Source of the DNA: Cytophagales bacterium
GTDB taxonomy: Bacteria; Bacteroidota; Bacteroidia; Cytophagales; JAAEPT01
Assembly: GCA_965267335.1 (NCBI GenBank)
Contig: OZ253953.1
Span: forward strand, 3,994,662-4,058,661
Reading direction: 5' to 3'
Length of the DNA stretch: 64,000 nucleotides
Position 1 is the first letter of the stretch. Every line of letters starts with the position of its first letter. Positions 46,025 to 54,749 of this stretch are shown here, one piece after another. The notes beneath the pieces were generated by a model. That model did not search any database, was not told the origin of the DNA, and saw only the letters and a program-made list of their open reading frames with translations. A program made the translations under genes and the position numbers.

Positions 46025-46672
46025 ATGTTTCGCAAAGTACTTATCGTTCTTATTTCACTCATTGCATGCTCAGGTCTCACTTACTTCCTTGATAAAGAAA
46101 TTTATGACCGACTTGTGGTTGAAGATGGAATCATAGAAAACATCACCGCCATTACTATGTTCGTCATTTCCGTGCTGCTGATCATACGTTTATTCAAAAA
46201 GGCGAAACGGAAAAACAAGTGGTGGGTTGTTTACAACATCCTTCTGGCTTTGGCCTGTTTTTTCTTTGCCGGTGAAGAAATTTCCTGGGGACAAAGGATA
46301 TTTTCTACAGAGTCCGGTGAGTTTTTCAAAAGTCATAACCTGCAGGGAGAAACAAACCTTCATAATCTCGAAATCGGAGGAGTAAAAATCAACAAGTGGA
46401 TTTTCTCAATAGGCATCTATAGCGTAGCGTTTATTTACTTTTTCATTTCACCATTCCTCTATCGCAAAGTAAGTTTTATTCAGCGCAAAGTAAACCTCTT
46501 CGGTGTTCAAATCCCCAAATTAGCTTATGCAGCTATATTATTAGCAGCGTTGGTTATTGCTGGTATTATCCCTGATGGTAAAAAATGGGAATTATGGGAG
46601 GCAATTTTTACTGTTGCTGCCTTATTGATCTTTCTTGATCCATACAATGAAGAGGAGAAGTTGATTGGATAA
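46025..46672 (+). CDS. membrane protein of unknown function
   Basis: 215 aa with about 5 hydrophobic helices. No family recognised. Confidence 0.5.
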   Translation: MFRKVLIVLISLIACSGLTYFLDKEIYDRLVVEDGIIENITAITMFVISVLLIIRLFKKAKRKNKWWVVYNILLALACFFFAGEEISWGQRIFSTESGEFFKSHNLQGETNLHNLEIGGVKINKWIFSIGIYSVAFIYFFISPFLYRKVSFIQRKVNLFGVQIPKLAYAAILLAALVIAGIIPDGKKWELWEAIFTVAALLIFLDPYNEEEKLIG

Positions 46673-46680
46673 TCTAAGTA

Positions 46681-47178
46681 TTAAAATATTGCCTTTATAC
46701 CCAACCCCGGATCGATAGAAAACCAAATATGGTCTGATGAGGTAAATTCAACGAACGGTTTCATGTCAATACTGAGCGCGATTGGAATACTGTAGAACTT
46801 GTATTCAAGTCCAAGCATACCGTCTATTCCTAACCCAACAGCTCCATCACTAATATTATCATTATTGTTATTGCCATCATACCATCGATGTCCGCGAAAA
46901 TTTTGCTCATAGAATGTCAGGTGTCCCCCTGCTCCATAATATAGTCCTAATCCATTTACGCTACTTACTGGTTTGTAACGCTCATAAATACCTGTCAAAG
47001 ACAAGCCATCGTTCCAGAATCCCACAACCCCTTCCAGTGCTCGACCAGACGAGTTTATTGACTTAACCGTAAGACCTGAAGTTCCTCCGGCACGAAAACC
47101 CACAGCAAAATCGCATTGTGAATAAGCGGACCATCCCAGGATTAAAAAACTCATTAATAACATCCGTAACTTTTTCAT
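46681..47178 (-). CDS. small outer-membrane beta-barrel protein
   Basis: The ATG at 47178 gives signal peptide MKKLRMLLMSFLILGWSAYSQ. It is Gly/aromatic-rich with alternating strands and ends in a C-terminal Phe (GIKAIF). Confidence 0.65.
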   Translation of the reverse strand: MKKLRMLLMSFLILGWSAYSQCDFAVGFRAGGTSGLTVKSINSSGRALEGVVGFWNDGLSLTGIYERYKPVSSVNGLGLYYGAGGHLTFYEQNFRGHRWYDGNNNNDNISDGAVGLGIDGMLGLEYKFYSIPIALSIDMKPFVEFTSSDHIWFSIDPGLGIKAIF

Positions 47179-47468
47179 AATATTGATCCTTTTGTTTTTG
47201 AGATTTTTGATAATAGTTATCCAAAAACATTGCCGCTTGTACAATTTCAGTCTGGCAAGAACCAAAACGTAGCCAGATTTCTTTAAACCTGCCATTTAAA
47301 CGTCAAAAAAGCGCTTACAAGAAAACTTTCGGGTTCTGAAATAACCTTAAAGTGTAGAGTTTTTTAATTCCTTGTAGAAATATTTACTCAATAACTCCTG
47401 CGACAATATACTTCTTCGGTTTAGAACTTCTATGGGCTTTCAGGCTGTAGTTTCGTATCTTTATTCTT

Positions 47469-48479
47469 ATGAACACCGCGCTAAAAACAAATCGTAATCT
47501 CCTCATTTTCGGGTTCCCACTAGTCCTTTTCGGAGCTTTAATATTATTGATACAATCATCGCTATTCACCGGAGATAACACACTTTCTTTAGCAGTCACA
47601 ATCGACTTGTTAATTACAGTACCTCTGGTTTATTTCTTTACGATTCGCAAGACGGCCATTCCCAAAACAACCGTTGTCCCGATGATGGTTATCGGGTTAT
47701 TCATTGGCTCCTATTTCCTACCCAAAGCCAGTCAGTCGTACCTGGAACTTTTCAAAACATGGATGTTACCGGTGGTAGAAGTGTCTGTACTCACCTACAT
47801 CATCATCAAAGTGAGAAAGGCCAGAAAGAAATTCAAAAGTCTCAAAAGTCAAAGTCCGGACTTTTTTACCACTTTGAAAGCTACTTGTCAGGAGATTCTA
47901 CCTAAAAAACTTGTACTACCTTTTGCCACTGAGGTAGCTGTGATCTACTATGGGTTTATCCATTGGAAAAGAAAACGTTTGGCGGAAAATGAATTCAGCT
48001 ATCACAAAAACAGCGGAACACCCGCACTCATGGGAGCATTTATTTTCGTCATCGCCATTGAAACTTTTGTACTTCACATCCTACTGATAGACTGGAGTCC
48101 GGTGGCAGCTTGGACACTGACTATTCTAAGTTCATACACCGCTATACAGATCTTGGGATTTTCAAAATCATTTGCTCAGCGCCCTATTTCCATTACCAAC
48201 CAAACAATCAATTTGCGGTATGGGCTTCTGAGTGAAGTAAGCATTGTAAGATCTAATATTGATCACATCGAATTATCGGGTCGCGAGCTTAATAAGGAAG
48301 CAGATGAACGTAGCCTATCGCCTATAGGAGAAATGGAAGGACACAACATGATCCTCCACCTAAAGGAAGAAGCAACTATCAGGGGGCTATATGGAATAAA
48401 AAGAAAGGTGAATAGCATCGCAATTCAGGTTGATGATGTGCACGGCTTAAAAAGTAGTCTTGACCTGTTAAAAGTTTAG
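47469..48479 (+). CDS. membrane protein of unknown function (possible C-terminal bacterial PH-like domain)
   Basis: 336 aa. The N-terminal two thirds are multi-pass. The soluble C-terminus (INLRYGLLSEVSIVRSNIDHIELS) is reminiscent of bPH domains; this is a weak call. Confidence 0.5.
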   Translation: MNTALKTNRNLLIFGFPLVLFGALILLIQSSLFTGDNTLSLAVTIDLLITVPLVYFFTIRKTAIPKTTVVPMMVIGLFIGSYFLPKASQSYLELFKTWMLPVVEVSVLTYIIIKVRKARKKFKSLKSQSPDFFTTLKATCQEILPKKLVLPFATEVAVIYYGFIHWKRKRLAENEFSYHKNSGTPALMGAFIFVIAIETFVLHILLIDWSPVAAWTLTILSSYTAIQILGFSKSFAQRPISITNQTINLRYGLLSEVSIVRSNIDHIELSGRELNKEADERSLSPIGEMEGHNMILHLKEEATIRGLYGIKRKVNSIAIQVDDVHGLKSSLDLLKV

Positions 48480-48508
48480 ATAGTAAGACTTAAAATTCAA
48501 TTCCAATT

Positions 48509-48976
48509 ATGCGCCTAATCATATTCTTTGCTTTGATAAACTTCACTTCAAAAGCACAAACTACCTTGTACTTCCCCGACACCCTGGAGCTAAATCACGA
48601 AGACTCACTATATCTCAGCGCGAATAAAATTCAATTTACCCACTCAGAAAATCTGGATTCAATACTAACCAATAACCAAAAGCTACATGACCTTGGCGAT
48701 ATAGCAGCTGTCATGCCAACACACCTATCCCAACAACTCACCGGACAGATCACGATAACCATGGACAACTTGATCACAGATATGAAGCAGCCCCCGGCCA
48801 TTGGCAACACGATTCTCCTTATCTCCTTTATTGAAGGCAGAGTTGCCGAACTTAAATTTCATAGTTGGTGGCTGGTCGGTTCTGATGGACATGAAAGTCT
48901 CATCATTGTTGAGGAAGTAAATCACAAAGGGAAGCGGAAGCAGGTAAAGAAAATAAGAGGGAGAATTGGGTATTAA
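48509..48976 (+). CDS. secreted protein of unknown function
   Basis: 155 aa with signal peptide MRLIIFFALINFTSKAQ. Confidence 0.45.
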   Translation: MRLIIFFALINFTSKAQTTLYFPDTLELNHEDSLYLSANKIQFTHSENLDSILTNNQKLHDLGDIAAVMPTHLSQQLTGQITITMDNLITDMKQPPAIGNTILLISFIEGRVAELKFHSWWLVGSDGHESLIIVEEVNHKGKRKQVKKIRGRIGY

Positions 48977-49010
48977 TAACATTTATGAATTTGAATTTAA
49001 AATCTTCCAT

Positions 49011-49466
49011 ATGCGTATACTTTTGGTTTTTCTAATTCTGGCATCAACAGCATGCGACCCCACAGATTCGCCTAACACTTCGGGTGGCCATCCACCTTTT
49101 GACTACCAAACACCCGATACCAAAAACAACATATTTCATTATGAGAATCTTATTCATGTTGATATAACTCCAGATGTAACTAACCTCTATACTTATGGTG
49201 ATGAAATAGGCATTGACGCATCCTATTATCTGGCATTTGAATGTAATCCAGAAACAGCACAAGCAATTATTGATTCCAATGACATGCAATCCGATTGTTT
49301 TAATATCACCATATTAAACAACGGATTTAAGATGAGTTGGTGGGACTTACAAGAAATCAAAACACTACCACAATTCTGTTGGTCTAATGATAATGAGACT
49401 TATTTCAAACACTTCTGGTATGACCCTCAAACGAAACGGGCTTTCTTTATGGACTTTGATATTTAA
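49011..49466 (+). CDS. lipoprotein of unknown function
   Basis: The ATG at 49011 gives MRILLVFLILASTACDP, a lipobox. Confidence 0.45.
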   Translation: MRILLVFLILASTACDPTDSPNTSGGHPPFDYQTPDTKNNIFHYENLIHVDITPDVTNLYTYGDEIGIDASYYLAFECNPETAQAIIDSNDMQSDCFNITILNNGFKMSWWDLQEIKTLPQFCWSNDNETYFKHFWYDPQTKRAFFMDFDI

Positions 49467-49568
49467 ACACTCTTAATAAAGAAATAGTGTTTTGAACTTT
49501 TTGTCTTCGGCACAACAAACTATTTACCCCCAACATTATACCTTTAATTCGAACAAAGACTTTCTGTA

Positions 49569-50156
49569 ATGCCACACGATCAGCTAATAGATTACGTAAA
49601 CAATTTTGTTCCTCTAATGGACGAAGAAGCCAAAACTTTTTCCTCTTGCTTTGAAGAAGTGAAGATTAAAAAGAGACAATTTCTAGTACAGCCTAATTTC
49701 GTTAACAAACACCGATCATTCGTAATCAAAGGGGCCTTCAGGACCTACGCAGTATCAAATGAAGGGCAAGAACATACCTTACAATTTGCAATTGAAAACT
49801 GGTGGGCTTCAGACCTCAACAGTTATATCTATCAACACCCGGCAACACTTTTCATAGTAGCCCTCGAGGACAGCACGGTTCTTCAAATTGAATACTCCAA
49901 AGAACAGGAGTTGAAACAAAAGAATCATAAGTTTGAAACATTTTTTCGGATCATTGCTGAAAAGGGATTGGCCTTCGAGCATCGTAGAATTTTATTTAAC
50001 CTCACTCATTCTGCAGAAGCTCGCTACGAAAACTTCCTGCTCAACTATCCCAACTTCGTCCAGCGTGTGCCTCAATATGCCTTAGCTTCCTATCTGGATA
50101 TGTCAACTGAGTTTTTATCAAGAATCAGAAACAAGCGGGTTCCCAAAAAAACTTGA
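49569..50156 (+). CDS. Crp/Fnr-family transcriptional regulator
   Basis: 195 aa. It has a cNMP-binding-like N-terminal beta-roll and a C-terminal HTH (VPQYALASYLDMSTEFLSRIR). Confidence 0.85.
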   Translation: MPHDQLIDYVNNFVPLMDEEAKTFSSCFEEVKIKKRQFLVQPNFVNKHRSFVIKGAFRTYAVSNEGQEHTLQFAIENWWASDLNSYIYQHPATLFIVALEDSTVLQIEYSKEQELKQKNHKFETFFRIIAEKGLAFEHRRILFNLTHSAEARYENFLLNYPNFVQRVPQYALASYLDMSTEFLSRIRNKRVPKKT

Positions 50157-50189
50157 TCTGGTTCAACCTTTTTTCTTGATCTGGTTCAT
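50153..50189 (+). promoter_or_regulatory. two tandem FNR/CRP-like boxes (TTGAT-N4-TTCAA and TTGAT-N4-TTCAT)
   Basis: cTTGATctggTTCAa lies at 50153-50166 and cTTGATctggTTCAt at 50176-50189. The shared 14-nt core is identical and the centres are 23 bp apart. The boxes sit between the Crp/Fnr gene and the SnoaL-like gene. Confidence 0.35.
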
Positions 50190-50256
50190 TTTTATCCCCC
50201 TTCCATCTCTAGACCTTTGAAGTGTCAATATTGGCATAGAATCAAAACAAGTAAAG

Positions 50257-50610
50257 ATGGAACAATCACTGAACGAAATCCTCACCTCAAAAAATGAGAT
50301 GATCAAGCAGGGACTAATTGTAGATGCTACGGAGAAGTATTTTGCTCCGGATGCTAAGACAACTGACTTTGATGGTACTGTAACTCATAACAAGTCAGAA
50401 ATGGTCAATAAGATGGTAGGCTTTGCCGGTGCCATAGCAAATGTAAACGGAATCACGCTTCATCATACTTCAATCAATGACAACGTGACATTCGCTGAAT
50501 TTACGTTCGACTTCGACATGAAAGATGGGAGTAAAATCCTCTGGCATGAGATCATCCGTAGCGTTTGGGAAAACGGACAGATCAAGGAAGAACAATATTT
50601 CAAAGCTTAA
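50257..50610 (+). CDS. SnoaL-like / NTF2-family protein
   Basis: 117 aa. Its size and alpha+beta cone pattern fit the family (YFAPDAKTTDF...FTFDFDMKDGSKILWHEI...ENGQIKEEQYF). Confidence 0.65.
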   Translation: MEQSLNEILTSKNEMIKQGLIVDATEKYFAPDAKTTDFDGTVTHNKSEMVNKMVGFAGAIANVNGITLHHTSINDNVTFAEFTFDFDMKDGSKILWHEIIRSVWENGQIKEEQYFKA

Positions 50611-50621
50611 ACGCAATAACA

Positions 50622-50990
50622 ATGAGATTCGTAACGAAAAAAATCCATGCCTATCTGGACTACCCGGTAGCTGTTGCACTTATGGGGTTCCCGTTCCTAC
50701 TCGGTCTTGGCACCTCAAATCCTCTTGCTCTACAACTATCAGTAGGCACTGGAATAGCAGCCTTCGCACTTACGCTGCTGACCGATCATCAGTTGGGTGT
50801 TATCAGAGTCATCCCCTATGCGGGTCATTTGATCGTGGACGCTCTGGTGGGCGTAGTATTTGTTTCCGCCCCATTCCTTCTATCCTTTGAAGGAATAGAC
50901 GCATACTACTATTGGATCAACGGAGCAGCTGTACTCACAGTTGTCAGCTTACACAAGCCGGAACCAACAACAAAATCAATTAACAATTAA
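50622..50990 (+). CDS. small 4-TM membrane protein of unknown function
   Basis: I prefer the ATG at 50622 (MRFVTKKIHAYLDYPVAVALMGFPFLLGL). The track start at 50565 overlaps the upstream gene. Confidence 0.5.
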   Translation: MRFVTKKIHAYLDYPVAVALMGFPFLLGLGTSNPLALQLSVGTGIAAFALTLLTDHQLGVIRVIPYAGHLIVDALVGVVFVSAPFLLSFEGIDAYYYWINGAAVLTVVSLHKPEPTTKSINN

Positions 50991-51008
50991 ACTTATAACT
51001 AAACAATC

Positions 51009-51464
51009 ATGAAAACACTTTCTCTTATCACAGCAATTCTAATAACCTCAGCAGTAGGTTATAGTCAGGATTTAAAGGCAAGTCATAATATTGACGATAG
51101 CAAAATTGCTCTTCAGGGCTACAGTCCGGTATCTTATCTGGACCTCGGGCTTGCTCAAAAAGGTCTGAAGCAATTTAAGTCAACTCATAATGGTTTGTCT
51201 TACTATTTCACAAGCAAGGAACAGCAGCAAAAGTTTGAAGCCAATCCAACGAAGTACCTACCTGAGTATGGGGGTTACTGCGCCTTTGGCATTGCCGTTG
51301 GTGCCAAATTCAGAGTAGATCCAAATAAATTTATTGTGAAAGACGGCAAGTATTATTTGTTCCTCTATGACTTGGAGGTAGATGCTCAACAACTCTGGCT
51401 GGATGGAAAACACGATGAACTGGTTGATAAAGCGGACAAAAACTGGCGAAAGCTCAGTAAGTAG
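51009..51464 (+). CDS. YHS-domain protein (secreted)
   Basis: 151 aa with a signal peptide. It carries ALQGYSPVSYLD...Y.F.S.E....F..NPTKYLPEYGGYCAFGIA...DGKYYLF, typical of YHS-domain proteins. Confidence 0.7.
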   Translation: MKTLSLITAILITSAVGYSQDLKASHNIDDSKIALQGYSPVSYLDLGLAQKGLKQFKSTHNGLSYYFTSKEQQQKFEANPTKYLPEYGGYCAFGIAVGAKFRVDPNKFIVKDGKYYLFLYDLEVDAQQLWLDGKHDELVDKADKNWRKLSK

Positions 51465-51481
51465 TTCCAGGTTAGTAATGG

Positions 51482-51513
51482 CACCCGGGTAGTTTCTATC
51501 CGGGTGTTTTTTG
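51482..51513 (+). terminator. rho-independent terminator
   Basis: cacccgg (51482-51488) pairs with ccgggtg (51500-51506), followed by ttttttg. Confidence 0.7.
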
Positions 51514-51666
51514 TTCTTCCTGCCCTCACCGAAAATCCATCAAACTCCTACATACATTTTTTACTGCTGTCGGCTATATTAAATCCTTTACCCGGTATCA
51601 TTTGAATACCAAAAATATTATCATTGTTTTTTATTTTTGAATTTACCTTAGATATAACCTGTAGCG

Positions 51667-52017
51667 ATGAACTTTATTGATAACAAAAACCTAAATAAAC
51701 CCTGTTTGATTTCATACGAAGAACAAGACTGGAAAGGAGTATTTTTTGATTGGACCAGCCTTTCGGAGGAAGCAAAAGAATTTTTAGAAGACGAGCTTGG
51801 TGATGAGATGTTTGATAATGAAAATCTGGTGCCCGTAGGAGTGTTCAGCTTCGCAGACGAAGATGTCGATTTCTCAGATGTAGAATCATACATAGAGAAT
51901 GCCATCAACGCAGAGGTATACCTTATGTTTGATACTGAGAATAATACCCTACACGAAAGCGGACGTGCGGGCATAAGTATTCCTGTGGATTCGCTTAACT
52001 TAAGAATGGTGGAATAG
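51667..52017 (+). CDS. small, highly acidic cytoplasmic protein of unknown function
   Basis: 116 aa and very D/E-rich (EEAKEFLEDELGDEMFDNE, FADEDVDFSDVE). The overlapping minus-strand ORF is Ser-rich low complexity, as expected for an antisense shadow. Confidence 0.45.
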   Translation: MNFIDNKNLNKPCLISYEEQDWKGVFFDWTSLSEEAKEFLEDELGDEMFDNENLVPVGVFSFADEDVDFSDVESYIENAINAEVYLMFDTENNTLHESGRAGISIPVDSLNLRMVE

Positions 52018-52119
52018 CTCTGATAATACCACCCAACACCATTTACTAACTAATCCTTATATGACATAGGTTCGTTTCTCTTGTGGTGACGAATTTATAT
52101 AAAGTCGTATCTTAACATT

Positions 52120-52647
52120 ATGCGAATACTGTTTTACATTGCTGCTGTAGGTTGGTTCTTGGGACTAGCTATCCATTTAACGGCATTGTTGGGAATAAAT
52201 ATAGAAGCACAAGTTCCGTTTATTTGGGTATTACATTTCGGGATTTTTATCGTGTTTGCTCCACCAGTCATTAAAATGAGTAGAAGTGAGGAAATGAGAG
52301 AATTAAAAAAATCTCAAAGTATAAACCCGTTGGATGGGTTAAAAGTTTTCAGAACTCTATTTCGTGGATCTCCATCATGGCTGGTTATGGTTGCCCTGGC
52401 CGGCTTCATTTATGCCATTATCAACTTTGCCTTATTTATGAGTACTAGCGATGGCTACCCAAAAATCATGGATGGACAATACGCGCTTACCGATCACGGT
52501 AAGTTTATTAGACATATTACTGAAAGTGAATATCACCTGGCAAAGGCGAATCAGACCCGAGGCTTCTCAGGACACTGGATTGCTTTCTATGGAATTTCAA
52601 TAGCTATGCTTTATCAATTTAGCGGTTTGGGTAAAACCAACAATTAG
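52120..52647 (+). CDS. membrane protein of unknown function
   Basis: 175 aa with 4 hydrophobic helices. Confidence 0.5.
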   Translation: MRILFYIAAVGWFLGLAIHLTALLGINIEAQVPFIWVLHFGIFIVFAPPVIKMSRSEEMRELKKSQSINPLDGLKVFRTLFRGSPSWLVMVALAGFIYAIINFALFMSTSDGYPKIMDGQYALTDHGKFIRHITESEYHLAKANQTRGFSGHWIAFYGISIAMLYQFSGLGKTNN

Positions 52648-52653
52648 ATTGAA

Positions 52654-53025
52654 ATGCATCCTCGAATTCTACTACGATATGTCATAAATCTGTTAATCTC
52701 TGGACTGGGGGCGTACTATTGCTTAGTATATTACGGTGTTTGGGTACGGCCACCATTGCGAAAAACTTCAGAGGAGTCTTTATTAGTACTTAATAATTTA
52801 ATAGAACAGTCTGTTCTAGAATTCGGCATACTTATCTTTGTTATACTAATTACACAAGCTTTGCTTACTTTATTGATGCAGAAATGGTTAGATAAAGATT
52901 TTTTTAAGAATGAATTTTGGATAATAACAACTTTGAATCTCCTGATTATGGTTTCATCACTAGCGTTTGGAGCACTAAAATGCAAAAGTGATTTATCTGA
53001 TGAAATCATTAGAAACTTTAATTGA
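52654..53025 (+). CDS. membrane protein of unknown function
   Basis: 123 aa with 3 hydrophobic helices. It starts 6 nt after the previous stop. Confidence 0.45.
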   Translation: MHPRILLRYVINLLISGLGAYYCLVYYGVWVRPPLRKTSEESLLVLNNLIEQSVLEFGILIFVILITQALLTLLMQKWLDKDFFKNEFWIITTLNLLIMVSSLAFGALKCKSDLSDEIIRNFN

Positions 53026-53191
53026 AAACCTGCGTAATCACGTATTATACTTAACAAAAACCTCTTTTGAACACCTGATCAAGAAATAATTACTGATGAG
53101 CTTGGGAACAACTAAACAGATTGCACAACACCAAAAGGAGAACTAAAAATGCAGTCATTTCAACTAAACTTTTGCACGACTTTCAACAGCA

Positions 53192-53240
53192 GCACCCCCC
53201 TCCTTGGCATGTCAAGTGCAATGCAATGAAACGAGACATC
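53192..53240 (+). repeat. 49-nt direct repeat, left copy, flanking the GIY-YIG gene
   Basis: gcacccccctccttggcatgtcaagtgcaatgcaatgaaacgagacatc. It is 44/49 identical to 53810..53858. Confidence 0.9.
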
Positions 53241-53363
53241 TATTCAACACACTATTTTAGAATATCGAGTTCCTTATCAGTAAGATATCAGTGCAACATA
53301 ACGAAAGGAGATATCTAAAACACTCATTATATTTACTCCACTTTTTTTAAACAAGAAACAACT

Positions 53364-53696
53364 ATGGGCTATAACTTTTCAGTATATATTATCACTAATT
53401 ACACACGATCAACACTTTACATTGGTATGACCAATGACCTTACCAACCGGCTATTGGAACACTATTTAAACCGAAACAACCCTAAGACATTTGCAGGTAG
53501 GTATAACTGCCACTATTTGGTCTATTTTGAAGATTATAAGTATGTATATGATGCCATGAATCGAGAAAACCAACTCAAAAAATGGAACAGAGCGAAAAAA
53601 GATGCTTTGATTGAAAGCACCAATCCAGAATGGAGGTTCTTAAATGAAGACTTAATGGAATGGCCTCCAAGGGAAACTGTTCCTAATCGTTATTAA
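53364..53696 (+). CDS. stand-alone GIY-YIG (URI-domain) nuclease-family protein
   Basis: 110 aa. Motifs: VYIITNYTRSTLYIGMTNDLTNRLLEH, then RENQLKKW with the conserved Glu, then NPEW. Confidence 0.9.
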   Translation: MGYNFSVYIITNYTRSTLYIGMTNDLTNRLLEHYLNRNNPKTFAGRYNCHYLVYFEDYKYVYDAMNRENQLKKWNRAKKDALIESTNPEWRFLNEDLMEWPPRETVPNRY

Positions 53697-53705
53697 GTAG
53701 GAATA

Positions 53706-53757
53706 TATCTCTCCATTTGGTCACCTTCGCCAAAGGCTACAGTGACCGCAGTCGAGA
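53706..53757. repeat. nested imperfect palindrome immediately 3' of the GIY-YIG gene
   Basis: The sequence is tATCTCtccatttGGTCACcttcgccaaaggctacaGTGACCgcagtcGAGATg. The outer stem is atctc/gagat and the inner stem is ggtcac/gtgacc. Confidence 0.6.
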
Positions 53758-53809
53758 TGCCAAGAAAGTAGTCCTACCAGTTTAACTTTTGTACAAAATT
53801 CCGTAGCTG

Positions 53810-53858
53810 GCACTCCCTTCCTTGTCATGTCGAGTGGAATGCAATGAAACGAGACATC
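53810..53858 (+). repeat. 49-nt direct repeat, right copy
   Basis: gcactcccttccttgtcatgtcgagtggaatgcaatgaaacgagacatc. Confidence 0.9.
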
Positions 53859-53964
53859 CAAAAAATCTATAACGGTAAATAACTTTACATAAAGAGTGTG
53901 GTAAACGGAATTAGATTATTATAAATTAAACCACTCAAAGATCATCATAATTAAGATTAGTATC

Positions 53965-54666
53965 GTGGCAGAATTTTTAACTACAACCGGAATATCACAT
54001 AAAATTGAAAAAGTGATAATGGATGCAAACAAAAAACTCATTCTGGTTTCACCATATCTCCAACTTTCTAAAACACTTTTTGAACGCTTGAAAGATGCCT
54101 CAAACAATAAGGTTCAAATTAAGATCATATATGGCAAGGATGAACTCAAACCAAATGAACGGAACTCTCTAGCCGACCTGAACAATTTAGAGCTTCTGTA
54201 CTTTGAAAATCTTCATGCTAAATGCTATTTCAATGAATCAGAAATGGTCATTACCTCCATGAATATGTATGAATTTTCCGAGAAAAATAACAGAGAAATG
54301 GGGGTTTATATTACAAGAAAAGTAGATCAAGAACTGTTTCAAAAGGCAGTTAATGAAACCCGTTCTATAATACAATCTTCGGAATTCATTCAACTAACCA
54401 AAACAAAAAGAACTAATTACCAAAACAAGAATATAGAATACAGCAAAGGCACTATCAAAAAACCAAAAAGAGGCTACTGTATAAGATGCGAGGAAAGAAT
54501 ACCTTATAATTCTGAGAGGCCTTATTGCAAAGATTGTTTTTCAATATGGGCACAATATGAGAACCCTGAGTATATCGAGAACTTTTGTCACAGCTGCGGG
54601 GAGTTTGAAGTGTCTACCCTGGTAAAGCCTTTATGCTACAGTTGCTATCAGGAATTCGAAAAATAA
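53965..54666 (+). CDS. single-HKD phospholipase D / Nuc-like nuclease-fold protein fused to two zinc ribbons
   Basis: 233 aa with a GTG start. The HKD-type motif is LHAKCYFNESEMVITSMNM (H-x-K ... S-x-N). The C-terminus has CIRC...CKDC and CHSC...CYSC. Confidence 0.7.
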   Translation: MAEFLTTTGISHKIEKVIMDANKKLILVSPYLQLSKTLFERLKDASNNKVQIKIIYGKDELKPNERNSLADLNNLELLYFENLHAKCYFNESEMVITSMNMYEFSEKNNREMGVYITRKVDQELFQKAVNETRSIIQSSEFIQLTKTKRTNYQNKNIEYSKGTIKKPKRGYCIRCEERIPYNSERPYCKDCFSIWAQYENPEYIENFCHSCGEFEVSTLVKPLCYSCYQEFEK

Positions 54667-54688
54667 AACCCCAACATCTCTGTCGGGG
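54658..54688 (-). terminator. hairpin with a minus-strand T-tract (candidate terminator of the dcw/ftsZ transcript)
   Basis: ccccaaca (54669-54676) pairs with tgtcgggg (54681-54688) with one mismatch. The reverse complement is followed by ttttattttt. Confidence 0.45.
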
Positions 54689-54749
54689 CTAATCAATAAT
54701 CCTGGTTTTTGACCCTATTCGAGTCGTTGATTGATTGTTTTATTTAGAA

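Noticed and set aside
50525-50890. Track ORF 50525..50890 and the 50565 start of ORF 50565..50990
   Set aside because: These are overlapping alternative frames across the end of the SnoaL-like gene. The ATG at 50622 gives a clean 4-TM protein with no overlap.
51648-51974. Minus-strand 108-aa ORF
   Set aside because: It is Ser-rich low complexity, as expected on the strand opposite a D/E-rich coding sequence. The plus-strand ORF is preferred.
53121-53318. 65-aa plus-strand ORF upstream of the GIY-YIG gene
   Set aside because: It reads straight through the 49-nt repeat copy, and similar pseudo-peptides arise from every copy of this element. It is most likely non-coding.
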